Part shown: positions 49,194-59,193 of the stretch, in pieces
Position numbering within the stretch: position 1 is the stretch's first letter
Layout: every line of letters begins with the position of its first letter
Origin: Candidatus Poribacteria bacterium
Lineage (GTDB): Bacteria; Poribacteria; WGA-4E; PCPOR2b
Direction of reading: 5' to 3'
Length of the DNA stretch: 64,000 nt
Assembly: GCA_965208675.1 (NCBI GenBank)
Contig: OZ242351.1
Location: forward strand, 1,728,001-1,792,000
Program-made: the position numbers and the translations under genes
The notes under the pieces: generated by a model
The model's database searches: none
Told to the model about the DNA's origin: nothing
The model's input: only the letters and a program-made list of their open reading frames with translations

Positions 49194-49760
49194 TCAATCG
49201 GAGTCATTGAGTATCCATAACGCCGCCCGATATAGGTCGGTGAAAATCTTTGCCGCACGTAAATTGTCGTGAGAACCGGGATTGTGAGTCTGTTTATCAT
49301 CGACTTGCGAGTAGTTTCCCGTCAATACAAAAACGGATTGGCATCCAACTTGTTGACCTGCCGCGATGTCCCTTATCGAATCCCCAACGAGGTAAGACCG
49401 CGGCAAGTCAATTCCGTGCTCGTGTGCCGCTTGGATTAGTAACCCCGGCTTGGGTTTTCGGCAACTGCACCCTTCGTCCGCCCGATGAGGACAGTGGTAA
49501 ATTGCGTGAATACGACCTCCAGCCCCCTCAATTTCCGTCATCATCCGCTGGTGAATTTCGCCAAGCGTGCGTGGAGCAACGATGCCTTTGTTGATGCAGG
49601 ACTGGTTTGTGACGACAATAAGACGGTGTCCGGCATCCGTGAGACGCTGAATTGCTCTTAGCGAATTCGGGATGAATTCAAATTCGTCCCAACTTTTGAC
49701 ATAGTCATTTTTGCGATTGTGATTGATTACCCCATCTCGATCAAGAAAGACGGTCTTCAC
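49194..49760 (-). CDS. gmhB: D-glycero-D-manno-heptose 1,7-bisphosphate phosphatase
   Basis: Motifs FLDRDGVIN, VTNQS, CPH..C.CRKPKPG and VGD. GTG start at 49760; next to the heptose kinase. Confidence 0.9.
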   Translation of the reverse strand: MKTVFLDRDGVINHNRKNDYVKSWDEFEFIPNSLRAIQRLTDAGHRLIVVTNQSCINKGIVAPRTLGEIHQRMMTEIEGAGGRIHAIYHCPHRADEGCSCRKPKPGLLIQAAHEHGIDLPRSYLVGDSIRDIAAGQQVGCQSVFVLTGNYSQVDDKQTHNPGSHDNLRAAKIFTDLYRAALWILNDSD

Positions 49761-50799
49761 GCTGCGCCTCCAAACAAATCGCCTGAGAAAGGCTATCGTG
49801 CGTAGCAGCGGCACATCCGACCTCGCCAACAACGATACCGCCCGCTAAATTAGAAAGCCGCGCGGCATCATACATTTCAGCACCGGCGGCGAGCGCAAGC
49901 GTGAATACCGCCACAACCGTGTCACCTGCACCGGTGTCGTCAAAAACATCGCGGGGCTGCGCAGGAGAAATGTGCGCTACTTCCGTTCGCTGACTGTCTC
50001 CAATCCTGCGAAATAGAGACATACCTTGTTCACCGCGAGTGATGAGTAGACCGTCCAGAGCCAATCTGTCCAATATCTCTTCACCGACCCCAATTAACGT
50101 ATTTTCGTCCGTAATTTCCCGGTTCAATGCTGCACCGGCTTCTTTGTGGTTCGGTGTGATGGATGTTACGCCTTCGTAGTGCCAAAAATTCTCGACCTTG
50201 GGATCCACGACGATCGGCTTGTTATATTGACGAGCTACAATGAGAATATTTTCGATGAGTTCCGGGTTCAAAACTCCTTTCTCGTAATCCTCAATAATGA
50301 GGGCGTCCGCTTGTGAAATTCGATCGGTTACCGCCTTCAGCAACTCATCCTGTAAGGACGCATCAACAGGCAAACTTGATTCTCGGTCAATTCGCAGAAG
50401 CTGTTGATGATTTGATACGCTCGTAGACGAAGCTCGCGCAATCACGCGCGTCTTGGCACTTGTCGGGCGGCTTGAATCGGTGCGGATGCCGCCGGTATTT
50501 ATCCCTGCTTCTTGAAGTATACCAATCAGTGTTTTTCCGTTACTGTCACTGCCAATCACTCCAATGAGGTCTGCTCTCCCACCGAGGCTGGCAACGTTAT
50601 GCGCTACGTTAGCAGCACCGCCGAATCGCGCTGTTTCAGAGGTCGTTTCCAATACTGGTACGGGAGCTTCCGGTGAAATTCGTTTAACATCTCCCCAAAT
50701 ATACTCATCTAAGATGAGGTCACCGATGATTACAACATGTTTTCCTTCCAGCCGATCTAATATAGCTTGTAAGCTCTCCCTCGCCAAATGCCACCCCAT
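49741..50799 (-). CDS. rfaE1: D-glycero-D-manno-heptose-7-phosphate kinase (HldE kinase domain)
   Basis: Motifs RISPEAPVPV, GGAANVA.N, DYEKG, VDPK, TRGEQGM and DTGAGDTV. Confidence 0.93.
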   Translation of the reverse strand: MGWHLARESLQAILDRLEGKHVVIIGDLILDEYIWGDVKRISPEAPVPVLETTSETARFGGAANVAHNVASLGGRADLIGVIGSDSNGKTLIGILQEAGINTGGIRTDSSRPTSAKTRVIARASSTSVSNHQQLLRIDRESSLPVDASLQDELLKAVTDRISQADALIIEDYEKGVLNPELIENILIVARQYNKPIVVDPKVENFWHYEGVTSITPNHKEAGAALNREITDENTLIGVGEEILDRLALDGLLITRGEQGMSLFRRIGDSQRTEVAHISPAQPRDVFDDTGAGDTVVAVFTLALAAGAEMYDAARLSNLAGGIVVGEVGCAAATHDSLSQAICLEAQREDRLS

Positions 50800-50954
50800 C
50801 GCGTCTTACAATTTTAGCATACCTTCACGAATCTCATCAAGGAGTACGCTATTTCTGAAGTTTTTCATCTGCCTGTAATGCATTTTTGCGATTCCGGTCA
50901 ACCCCCAAATCGTTTGTTCTGTGAGAAACAGAAACTGCGAAAACAACAATGCAA

Positions 50955-51830
50955 TTATGTGGAAGGGTAAATGAGGTATCCGGTGCGTTCGGTGCGAACG
51001 CGAAATAGACAGCCCCCAGCGGTCACATAAAGTGTTCGGAGATCGTCATCTCCAAAGGTGCAATTTGTTGGGATTTCTACCGGCATCGGATGCGATTCCA
51101 GGACTCGGCCATTGGGCGCGAAAATATAAATCATGGGACCAGGCCCGCTCTTCCTCCATCCTGCAGCTGCTACAATATTGCCTTCGGTATCCAAACACAT
51201 ACCGTCAACACCGCGATGCGGGTAGAAGTTGTGCAGAACTTCATAGCTGCCAACCGTGCCGTCATCATTTATTGGATAAGCGCGCAACTCTCGCTTGTTG
51301 TTTTCGCCGTATTCGCTCTGAGCCACGTACAGCCAATTTCCATCTGGCGAGATTAAGAGTCCGTTCGGTTTTGTAGTGTCGTGGGTAACCCGACTGATTT
51401 TCCAAGTGTCATCTGGTTGGGGATCCAATCGAAACACCGACTGGTGATCCAGTTCCAAATCATCGGTTCTGTCGCCGTAGCGCGGATCGGTAAACCAGAA
51501 ACTGCCTTGTGTATCGAAAGCAAGATCGTTCGGGCTGTTGAGTCGTTTCTCGTCGAATTTTTCCGCAACGGCAGTAGTTGCGCCGTCCCGGTCGTAGCGC
51601 ACAATCCTCCTGCCGCTGCCCTCGCATCCGTACAACTGCCCCGTTCTGTCAAACATAAGTCCATTGGCACCGTTCGTTCCTGTCCGAAAGACGGTGCATT
51701 CACCGCAGCCCGGTGTGTATCGCATAATGCGGCTGCTTGGGATGTCGGTAAAGAGCACTGCCTCCCCGTCCCAAGCGGGCCCTTCCGTAAAGCTGAACGG
51801 TCCAGCAACCTGTTCAAAGTCCCAATGCAT
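50955..51830 (-). CDS. SMP-30/gluconolactonase family protein
   Basis: Motifs FTEGPAW, LNSPND, FTDPRYG, PNGL and DGM.LD.EGN. Confidence 0.93.
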   Translation of the reverse strand: MHWDFEQVAGPFSFTEGPAWDGEAVLFTDIPSSRIMRYTPGCGECTVFRTGTNGANGLMFDRTGQLYGCEGSGRRIVRYDRDGATTAVAEKFDEKRLNSPNDLAFDTQGSFWFTDPRYGDRTDDLELDHQSVFRLDPQPDDTWKISRVTHDTTKPNGLLISPDGNWLYVAQSEYGENNKRELRAYPINDDGTVGSYEVLHNFYPHRGVDGMCLDTEGNIVAAAGWRKSGPGPMIYIFAPNGRVLESHPMPVEIPTNCTFGDDDLRTLYVTAGGCLFRVRTERTGYLIYPST

Positions 51831-51975
51831 TTCCCGCCTCTTAAATGTACGTGTCTATGCAGATGTTTTATTGAAGCATACACGAATCCATAAAAGAAGG
51901 CAAGGAAAAAGTTGGCGATTATTCGGCGGAGTCGATGGATTTGCGGCGATACGCGATTCAATGCTGAAATGTCGT

Positions 51976-52479
51976 TTAATCCATTTCAAGAGGCGTGAGA
52001 ATCTGTGTGTCGGCGGGGATTTGCGGGAGGGTACAGGCTTCAAAAGTCAATTGCAAATCGCGTGGGCGGTATGGCGTGCCGAATGCACCTAGAGTGGATT
52101 CTCGAACGATGCGTTGGAGATGGCGGACTGACGCTTGAGTGAATCTAGCGCTGACAAATAGGTACGAATTCGGCGTGACGGCTTCGCCGCGAAGCCGCTT
52201 CCACCTGAGAAATGTCTTCAACTGTCCTTGAAATTCTTTCGATACGGGGATGGCCCGCGGTTTATTTTCGTGCCCAACTTTCGCGCCAATGTGGAGGTGG
52301 GTAAAGGTTTCAACGCTGGGCTTTAGATGGGCGACGCGTAATTCACGCAGTTCAGCAACACTCAATCCGGTCCGCAGAATGGTTAGCACAACGCAGAAAT
52401 CTCGAAAGTTGCGGTTTCGATGCGTCCAGTCAAGGAGTCGGAGTTCTTCATCGATTGTCAATATCTTCGGTCTGCGCAT
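51976..52479 (-). CDS. Tyrosine-recombinase-like protein lacking the catalytic residues
   Basis: RD..V....RTGLSVAEL..L, K.R.IP and PRDLQLTF align to TGLR.SEL / K / PH.LRHTF. There is no distal His/Tyr box. Confidence 0.75.
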   Translation of the reverse strand: MRRPKILTIDEELRLLDWTHRNRNFRDFCVVLTILRTGLSVAELRELRVAHLKPSVETFTHLHIGAKVGHENKPRAIPVSKEFQGQLKTFLRWKRLRGEAVTPNSYLFVSARFTQASVRHLQRIVRESTLGAFGTPYRPRDLQLTFEACTLPQIPADTQILTPLEMD

Positions 52480-52555
52480 CCTACATTGTCTGGCACTGAA
52501 ATGACGAGTTGTTCTGCCGTAGTTCCCTCACCCGTTCCAAAGATTCCCCAATAGA

Positions 52556-53089
52556 TTATTGCGCAAACTTCCTTTTCAAAATCTCCAACACAACCGGAGG
52601 CACCATTTCTATTAGCTTGTCTTCACTCACTTTTTGTCCGCCAATCTGTAAAATTTCCATAACGAGTGTGGAACTCAAATGAGCATATTTTGTGTTTGCC
52701 ATCATGAATAAGGTGTCAACCCCAGGGGCTATTTGACGGTTCATGCGCGCCATTTGGAATTCCTTCTCAAAGTCGGAGAATTCTCTGAGACCCCGAATAA
52801 TTGTGCAGGCGCCCCGCTCTTGCGCATATTGTGCTGTGAGACCGGAAAACTTGTCTATGCCGACATTGGGGTAAGGATGGATGACAGCTTCCAACATTTC
52901 AATCTGTTCTTGAAGCGTAAATCGAGGGGTCTTGGCAGGATTGATGCCGATTGCCACAATTAGCGAATCGAAAAGGGAGAGATTGCAGACGCGATCGATT
53001 AAATCGACGTGACCGTTGGTAACGGGATCGAAACTTGCAGGAAAAACCGCGATTTTTTTGGACACGCCGGAATCCTTATTTCGCAACAT
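52556..53089 (-). CDS. coaD: Phosphopantetheine adenylyltransferase
   Basis: Motifs SFDPVTNGH, IRGLR..SDFE.E and LSST.V.E. Confidence 0.95.
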   Translation of the reverse strand: MLRNKDSGVSKKIAVFPASFDPVTNGHVDLIDRVCNLSLFDSLIVAIGINPAKTPRFTLQEQIEMLEAVIHPYPNVGIDKFSGLTAQYAQERGACTIIRGLREFSDFEKEFQMARMNRQIAPGVDTLFMMANTKYAHLSSTLVMEILQIGGQKVSEDKLIEMVPPVVLEILKRKFAQ

Positions 53090-53267
53090 TACAGGGATTG
53101 AGAGTGTGATTCAGGTTGCCGAAATATTAACACACGGCTGTTACGCCCGTCAACTCGAATGTGTTACCGCGCTCGTACCGGACACATTGCAGAAAAATCA
53201 ATTGACCGAATTCCTATGCTAGTTTATCATAGCAATGCTAACCTAGGATTTTCGCGAGCCACGACGA

Positions 53268-54002
53268 TTGACCTCAGACATGATTAAAGCCGTCACATTC
53301 GATTTTTGGCAAACCCTTTACGCCGATTCGCAAGAACTGAAGCGCGAGCGCCAGGCGATGCGAACCCGTTACTGCCACAAATTTCTTGTGGAACAGGGGC
53401 ACGACGTGACACCAGCGGAGGTTAATTCAGGCATTCAAACTGCCTACAGGCTCGCGGAAACCATGTGGTATCAACATCGGGGGGTCACGGTTGACGCGTG
53501 TATTTTGCGCCTTTTAAGCTCGCTTGGGATTCAGCCAACGCCGCCAGTCGTTGAAAATCTCGTTCACCTGACAGGCGAGGCTTGCTTGAATGTACCGCCG
53601 GTGCTAATACCGTACTCCAAAGATACGCTTGCTCAGCTTAGCGGGAAGTACCAGTTAGGAATAATCTCAGACACGGGTTTGACGCCAAGCCGAGTTTTGC
53701 GCCAGTTAATGACAGCGGATGGCATGCTCGGATTGTTCGCAGCGCAGACCTATTCTGACGAGACGGCGCACACTAAACCGGAAGTCATACAGTTCCACTC
53801 GACGCTGAAACAGCTCAATGTACGGCCCGGTGAGGCGGTTCATATCGGTGATTTGGTTTGGACGGATATCGTCGGCGCGAAAAACGCGGGAATGAAAGCG
53901 ATTCAATTTTCAGGTGTAACGGCAAGAGCGGACGACGATGAGTTGTGCGATGCTGCGTTTGATGATTATCGGCAACTTGAGGGAATTCTAAATCGGTTGT
54001 GA
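53268..54002 (+). CDS. HAD family hydrolase
   Basis: Motifs FDFWQTL, IISD, KP and HIGD...DIVGA..AG. Confidence 0.9.
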   Translation: MTSDMIKAVTFDFWQTLYADSQELKRERQAMRTRYCHKFLVEQGHDVTPAEVNSGIQTAYRLAETMWYQHRGVTVDACILRLLSSLGIQPTPPVVENLVHLTGEACLNVPPVLIPYSKDTLAQLSGKYQLGIISDTGLTPSRVLRQLMTADGMLGLFAAQTYSDETAHTKPEVIQFHSTLKQLNVRPGEAVHIGDLVWTDIVGAKNAGMKAIQFSGVTARADDDELCDAAFDDYRQLEGILNRL

Positions 54003-54045
54003 GTTTTTTTAGGTGTTAATTACAATTAATTCCCAGCAATTTTGA

Positions 54046-55428
54046 TTACCACCGTTCGTCAGCAAATTGAGCATTTGGCATGGCATAGTGTTCCCCCTTA
54101 GTTTTTTCAGGGGCGCGGCGCTGAAAGACGTCCCTTTCGCTATGGCTGGGATGTTCATAACCGCCAATGACATAAACAATTGCGCCGGCTTGGCGGCAAA
54201 CGCTAATCGCCATATCCGGTGTGTATCCCCTCTCGCGGCGGCGGCTGGTCGGTTCATCCGTTACGATCATGAGGACAAGTTGGCGATCCGCAGGCGTTTG
54301 AAGCTTGGGGACGCCTTCGATAATTGCATCGAGCAGGTGTTCATCGCCTTCCTTCGGCAGCTGGAATAACTTCTTGACCTGCACAGCATCTAACGGCGGT
54401 TTCGTCACCACGATTGAGCTTTCTCCCCCGCCTACTCGCGCCCAAAACCGGATAACCCCGAAACGATAGTCGAGTCCTCCTTCATCTAGGGTTTCCGCCA
54501 AAACATCAAATCCACCGCAAATATCTTCGACATCGGCTTTCATGCTAAAGCTGGAATCGAAGACGAAGACGATATCGGCAGATTGCTTCGCCGCCGGAAT
54601 CATGTGTTCGCCAATGAGTTCGAAAATCCCGCCAATTCTTTGAATCCGCTTATCCAAATATGAGGGTGTTCTTCGTACCTGCTGGTATTCGTCAACTGCG
54701 TACCACTTCCCGCCGGTCTCCTCCGCCAACTGTAGTTGCACGGCTTCATTTACCCCAATAACATTGATGTGAACATCATCCTGCACACACCGCTCAATTA
54801 TCTGATTGGTACGTTGCTGTGTTGCATTTGGTGCTTTCCATGCCGTCTGCAACGGGGAATTTGTGACGACAATCATGTGCTTGGCGGCATCCGATCTGTA
54901 GTTCAACTCCCTTACCCCCCACATCATCGCCTCAAGTCCATATCCGGTCAAATGACTGCCTCGAAATTGTGTGTAGAAACTATCCTGGATAGCACGAAAG
55001 TCGTTCCTGAATTCGCTGCCCTCAAATTTTCCACCGCCCTGATTTTGAAACCAGACTGGCGCTATCCGGTAGTCGACCCCCGACTCCTCGAACACACTTA
55101 TCATTTTGTCAAGCTGTTCTTCAAGCTCCGCAATCGCCGCTGCCATCCTTTCGCCGCGTTCGATGACAAAGACCAAATCAACCATCTTTTCCTTACCATG
55201 ACGGCTGACGCGGCGTGTAATGCCGAGGAGGCTTTTACCGACATTTACCTTTGTTACTCTTACCTCGTCTTTCAGTTCTTTTTTTGGGCTGACCATGACT
55301 CGCCGTTTTCTGCGCGGCGGCTGCACTTGCGCTCCGGCAATCGCTGCCAACCCATCAACGCCAATCCAGATTGCCAGTATCATCAAAGCAATCCCAGTTT
55401 TCCACGTATAGCGTTTTGATGCGGTCAT
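54046..55428 (-). CDS. Exported protein with two VWA-like domains
   Basis: Signal peptide. The first VWA is degenerate (DLVFVIERGER); the second has an intact MIDAS (DIVFVFDSSFS...IVTDE). Confidence 0.85.
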   Translation of the reverse strand: MTASKRYTWKTGIALMILAIWIGVDGLAAIAGAQVQPPRRKRRVMVSPKKELKDEVRVTKVNVGKSLLGITRRVSRHGKEKMVDLVFVIERGERMAAAIAELEEQLDKMISVFEESGVDYRIAPVWFQNQGGGKFEGSEFRNDFRAIQDSFYTQFRGSHLTGYGLEAMMWGVRELNYRSDAAKHMIVVTNSPLQTAWKAPNATQQRTNQIIERCVQDDVHINVIGVNEAVQLQLAEETGGKWYAVDEYQQVRRTPSYLDKRIQRIGGIFELIGEHMIPAAKQSADIVFVFDSSFSMKADVEDICGGFDVLAETLDEGGLDYRFGVIRFWARVGGGESSIVVTKPPLDAVQVKKLFQLPKEGDEHLLDAIIEGVPKLQTPADRQLVLMIVTDEPTSRRRERGYTPDMAISVCRQAGAIVYVIGGYEHPSHSERDVFQRRAPEKTKGEHYAMPNAQFADERW

Positions 55429-55558
55429 TGAGGTTTCTCCCTTCCTGTGATCGCCCTAGTCACGGCGATTTACTCAGCGTTGACCTATATTTCCCGTTCG
55501 CCGCAGCCACGGAATGCTGATTTTCGCATTACAGGTTTATTGCTCCGATCGTGCAATC

Positions 55559-57781
55559 CTACTTGACAACCACCATCCGCCGTAACGCGGTGTAATCACC
55601 CGTTCGGAGTTGATAGTAATAAGTTCCGCTTGTGACGGGTTCGCCGTTTTGGTTGCGGCCGTCCCAATACGCAGCACTCGCTTTATCTCGGTAGACACCC
55701 GACTTTTTGCGTCCAATGTCAAGGGTCTGAACGATGTGACCGCTCTGGTCATAGATGTTCAAAGTCACAGGGGCATCACTTGCCAACTGATAAGGTATCC
55801 ACGTTTCGGGGTTGAACGGATTTGGATAATTTTGCAGCAACGCCGTGCGTTTGATGTTTCCCAGCGTGGTCACCCGTTGCGCCAACGGTTTCACTCCTAG
55901 TTCTGTTGAACAAGCGAATTCCCATAGCAACACGGTGCCGTCCCGCGAGCCGCTAGCAAGGGTACCGCAATCGCGACTGAAGGCAACGTCATAAACCCCC
56001 GACGTTCCACCCCGTATAGCTAGCGTATGCCCGGTTAGCGTTTGAATCAGTTCGCCCGTGTTGGCGTCCCACAAACGAATCGTATCGTCCCAACTAGCGC
56101 TACTTGCGAGCGTACGTCCATCAGGGCTAAATGCAACGCTTTCCACCGGACCCGTGTGCCCTGTGAGCTTACGCAGGCGTTCTCCCGTATGGGTGTCCCA
56201 CAATCGGATAGCGTCCGCACTCCCACTAGCGATAGTTTTGCCGTCAGGACTGAACGCAACGCTCTGGACCGCAGGCATAGGCCGGTTTAAATTACGCAAG
56301 TGTTTTCCCGTTTCCGCGTTCCATAGACGGATTGTACCGTTAAAACTCCCGGTGGCAATGGTTGCGCCATCGGGACTGAACGCTATGCTTTGGACAAAAA
56401 ACACATCCTTGAGCCTTCCTTTTAGTCTCCCCCTATGAGCGTCCCATAGACGGACGGTAGGGTCCGCACCCCCGCTGGCAATTGTGCTTCCATCGGGACT
56501 GAACGCAACACTATACACACCACCTCTATGCCCGGCGAGTGTTTGCCGGTGTTCTCCCGTATCCGCATCCCACAGACGGACGGTACGGTCCCAACTCCCG
56601 CTAACGACGGTGCTTCCATCGGGACTGAACGCAACACTATAGACCACAAGCCTATGCCCGGTGAGCGTTCGCTGAAGATTTCTCGTATCTGCGTCCCACA
56701 GACGGATGGTACCGTCATGACCGCCGCTTGCGATGGCGCCGCCATCCGGGCTAAACGCAACGCCATTGATTCCATCAGTGTGCTCGGCGTACGTCTGCAA
56801 GTGTTCCCCTGTATTGGCCTCCCATAGACGGATGGTGTTGTCAAAACTCCCACTGGCGATTGTGCCACCATCCGGACTAAACGCAACGCTATAGACCCAA
56901 TCTGCGTGACCGGTGAGCGTGCGCAGGTGTTTTCCTGTATCGGGCTCCCACAATCGGATGGTATTGTCAAAACTCCCGCTAGCGATGGTCCTGCCATCCG
57001 GTCTGAACGCAACGCTACGAACATCATCCGTATGCCCCTTGAGTGTTCGAAGGTGTATTTTTTTATCGGCACCCCACAATCGGATGGTATCGTCTCGACT
57101 CCCACTGACGATGGTATTGCCATCCGGACTAAACGTGACGCTATAGACCCAATCTGCGTGACCGGTAAGCGTTCGCAAGTGTACCCCTGTATCGGACTCC
57201 CACAGCCGGATAGTATTGTCCCAACTCCCACTGGCAATTTTACCACCATCCGGACTGAATGCAACGCAACGAACCGCGCCCGTATGCCCGGTGAGCGTTC
57301 GCAGGTGTTCCCCCGTATCGGTGTCCCACAAACGGATGGTCGCGTTCCCATTTCCGCTAGCGATGGTGCTGCCATCGGGACTGAACGCAACGCAATATAC
57401 ACCAGATTTATTCCGTGTGAGCGTTCGCAGGTGTTCTCCGGTATCGGCGTTCCATAGACGAATGCTGCCGTCCACACTCCCACTCGCGATGGTGCCGCTA
57501 TCGGGACTGAACGCAACGCTCCAGACCAAACTCGTATGCCCTGTGAGCAGGGCAACTTCTTTATGGTTCGCCGTATCGTAAATCCAAACGCCGATACTGC
57601 CGGCGACCGCAAGTCGAGTACCGTCGGGCGAATACTGAATTTCACTTATCCTACCTTTGCCGAGGCGTGCTTTAGCGCCATCAGGTAAACTCAATTCCGA
57701 TGAATCTTGGGCGAAACTGTGGGGAACACACGGAGCGAAAACGAACAACAGAGTAACAATGAAAAACATTGTTTTCATCAT
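55559..57781 (-). CDS. WD40 repeat protein with C-terminal FlgD-Ig/T9SS-like domain
   Basis: LPDGAKARLGKG cap, about 13 WD repeats, and NYPNPFNPETWIPY C-terminal domain. Confidence 0.95.
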   Translation of the reverse strand: MMKTMFFIVTLLFVFAPCVPHSFAQDSSELSLPDGAKARLGKGRISEIQYSPDGTRLAVAGSIGVWIYDTANHKEVALLTGHTSLVWSVAFSPDSGTIASGSVDGSIRLWNADTGEHLRTLTRNKSGVYCVAFSPDGSTIASGNGNATIRLWDTDTGEHLRTLTGHTGAVRCVAFSPDGGKIASGSWDNTIRLWESDTGVHLRTLTGHADWVYSVTFSPDGNTIVSGSRDDTIRLWGADKKIHLRTLKGHTDDVRSVAFRPDGRTIASGSFDNTIRLWEPDTGKHLRTLTGHADWVYSVAFSPDGGTIASGSFDNTIRLWEANTGEHLQTYAEHTDGINGVAFSPDGGAIASGGHDGTIRLWDADTRNLQRTLTGHRLVVYSVAFSPDGSTVVSGSWDRTVRLWDADTGEHRQTLAGHRGGVYSVAFSPDGSTIASGGADPTVRLWDAHRGRLKGRLKDVFFVQSIAFSPDGATIATGSFNGTIRLWNAETGKHLRNLNRPMPAVQSVAFSPDGKTIASGSADAIRLWDTHTGERLRKLTGHTGPVESVAFSPDGRTLASSASWDDTIRLWDANTGELIQTLTGHTLAIRGGTSGVYDVAFSRDCGTLASGSRDGTVLLWEFACSTELGVKPLAQRVTTLGNIKRTALLQNYPNPFNPETWIPYQLASDAPVTLNIYDQSGHIVQTLDIGRKKSGVYRDKASAAYWDGRNQNGEPVTSGTYYYQLRTGDYTALRRMVVVK

Positions 57782-57906
57782 CGGATTAATCCTCCATGTT
57801 TGAGTTCAGGGAGTCTAATTTTGTAAAATTCTGGACCGGTATGATACATGTGAGGTTTTCACTGGATATTTCTACAAAATGGTTGGTTTACTGTTCACTG
57901 CAAATC

Positions 57907-58764
57907 TCAGTGTAATACGTTCGACTTAATTGCACCCCAAGCGGCAGCAGACTTCCTATCGGGATGAACTGCCAACACCCCCAAAACACCTTTGACACCG
58001 CCTTCGAAGTGTTTTGTAATTTCATCAGCGGTGAAGGCTCGCTTCGCAATCAGGACTTCGTCCAACAGTCCGTCCATCGCAATGGGTCTTTCCGCCCAAC
58101 CGATTGTGACCGGTGCGTTGATGAATTCTGCCATATCGTCGTCCTTTTCGTGGGGATCAATAAAAGATCTAAGCCAATTTGTTTCTTTGCCACCGTTGTA
58201 CGTCTTGGTCAGGTGCCTTTCTCGGACTACAGCGAAGTGGCGCCATGCCTTAGGCTTCGCATTCCAATCGCCGGGGCCAAAGTGTCCGCTACTGATAGTT
58301 TTGCCGCCGCCGTCTCCCTCAATAACGACAGTGGAATGCAAACCGAGACCTACAAGCGCGGGATTTGAGCCGGGTAGGTTCACGCCAAGAATCCATTTGT
58401 TCATTTCCCCGCGGCCTTCGTCTTGAGCTATGAACGCATGTTGCCCGACAGTTTCATTCAGGTTAAACCACACAGCAAGCGTATAATCTGATTTAAAAAA
58501 GCTCAGACTTTCATCATTTCCGGCGTCCACATAACCAACCGGTTCAAGCTGAACGGCGTTTCCGAATTTACCTTTTCCCCATTTTGCGTTTCTCTTAAAC
58601 GTGCCGTGATTTCCGTGAGGAGAGAGGTCTTTGGTAGTTCCGCCCCTGCCTTCATCAAACGGCATTGCGAGCACAATGTCTCTGTCAACGATTGTATCGG
58701 CTTCTCCAACGCCGCACGCGCCAACCACACCGATTATCAGTAACGCCGAAACTAACGTTTTCAT
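57907..58764 (-). CDS. LamG-like jellyroll domain protein
   Basis: FDEG.G....D.S..GNHG...W..GKFG.A, W.HFAV, G.LDEV.I..RA.T.DEI, and tail AVHPDRKSAAAWGAIK. RBS GGAGG. Confidence 0.9.
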   Translation of the reverse strand: MKTLVSALLIIGVVGACGVGEADTIVDRDIVLAMPFDEGRGGTTKDLSPHGNHGTFKRNAKWGKGKFGNAVQLEPVGYVDAGNDESLSFFKSDYTLAVWFNLNETVGQHAFIAQDEGRGEMNKWILGVNLPGSNPALVGLGLHSTVVIEGDGGGKTISSGHFGPGDWNAKPKAWRHFAVVRERHLTKTYNGGKETNWLRSFIDPHEKDDDMAEFINAPVTIGWAERPIAMDGLLDEVLIAKRAFTADEITKHFEGGVKGVLGVLAVHPDRKSAAAWGAIKSNVLH

Positions 58765-58861
58765 TAGTCATTCCTCCTACTCGGATTAATCTGTACGAAT
58801 CTCTTCAATTCCGTGCCGAATATAGGCGGGCTGTAACGTAAGGTATTGACTTTTGGTTTTT

Positions 58862-58878
58862 AGCAAAACATGTGCCAA
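58862..58878 (-). promoter_or_regulatory. sigma54 (-24/-12) promoter for the LamG gene
   Basis: TTGGCACATGTTTTGCT on the minus strand is a full consensus match. Confidence 0.8.
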
Positions 58879-58968
58879 CGGATAATCCATTTCAATTTTG
58901 CGCCTGGTATGTTTGATACATCACGGCACGTGAGTAATTTGCATCACTCCGTCTCATTGGCCAATCCT

Positions 58969-59015
58969 TGCCCCAAACGGTGCAAAAATATCGAACCCTT
59001 GCTCCATTTCGTGCA
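58969..59015. promoter_or_regulatory. Paired putative enhancer sites
   Basis: TGCCCCAAACGGTGCA and TGCTCCATTTCGTGCA, 31 bp apart and 90-137 bp upstream of the -24 box. Confidence 0.55.
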
Positions 59016-59193
59016 CGTCCGTAAATATCGGATTCATTGAGACAACCCATTACTTTTTCCGCCGTGCTTATTCTCATCGCTAGAGAAAACGAACGAATAA
59101 CGATTATCTGTCAGACTAATCTCAAAAAGGCTTGAAGCAATTTTGCTACATCTTGATACTAGAATGATACACCAGTTAAATCTAGCAGTATTT

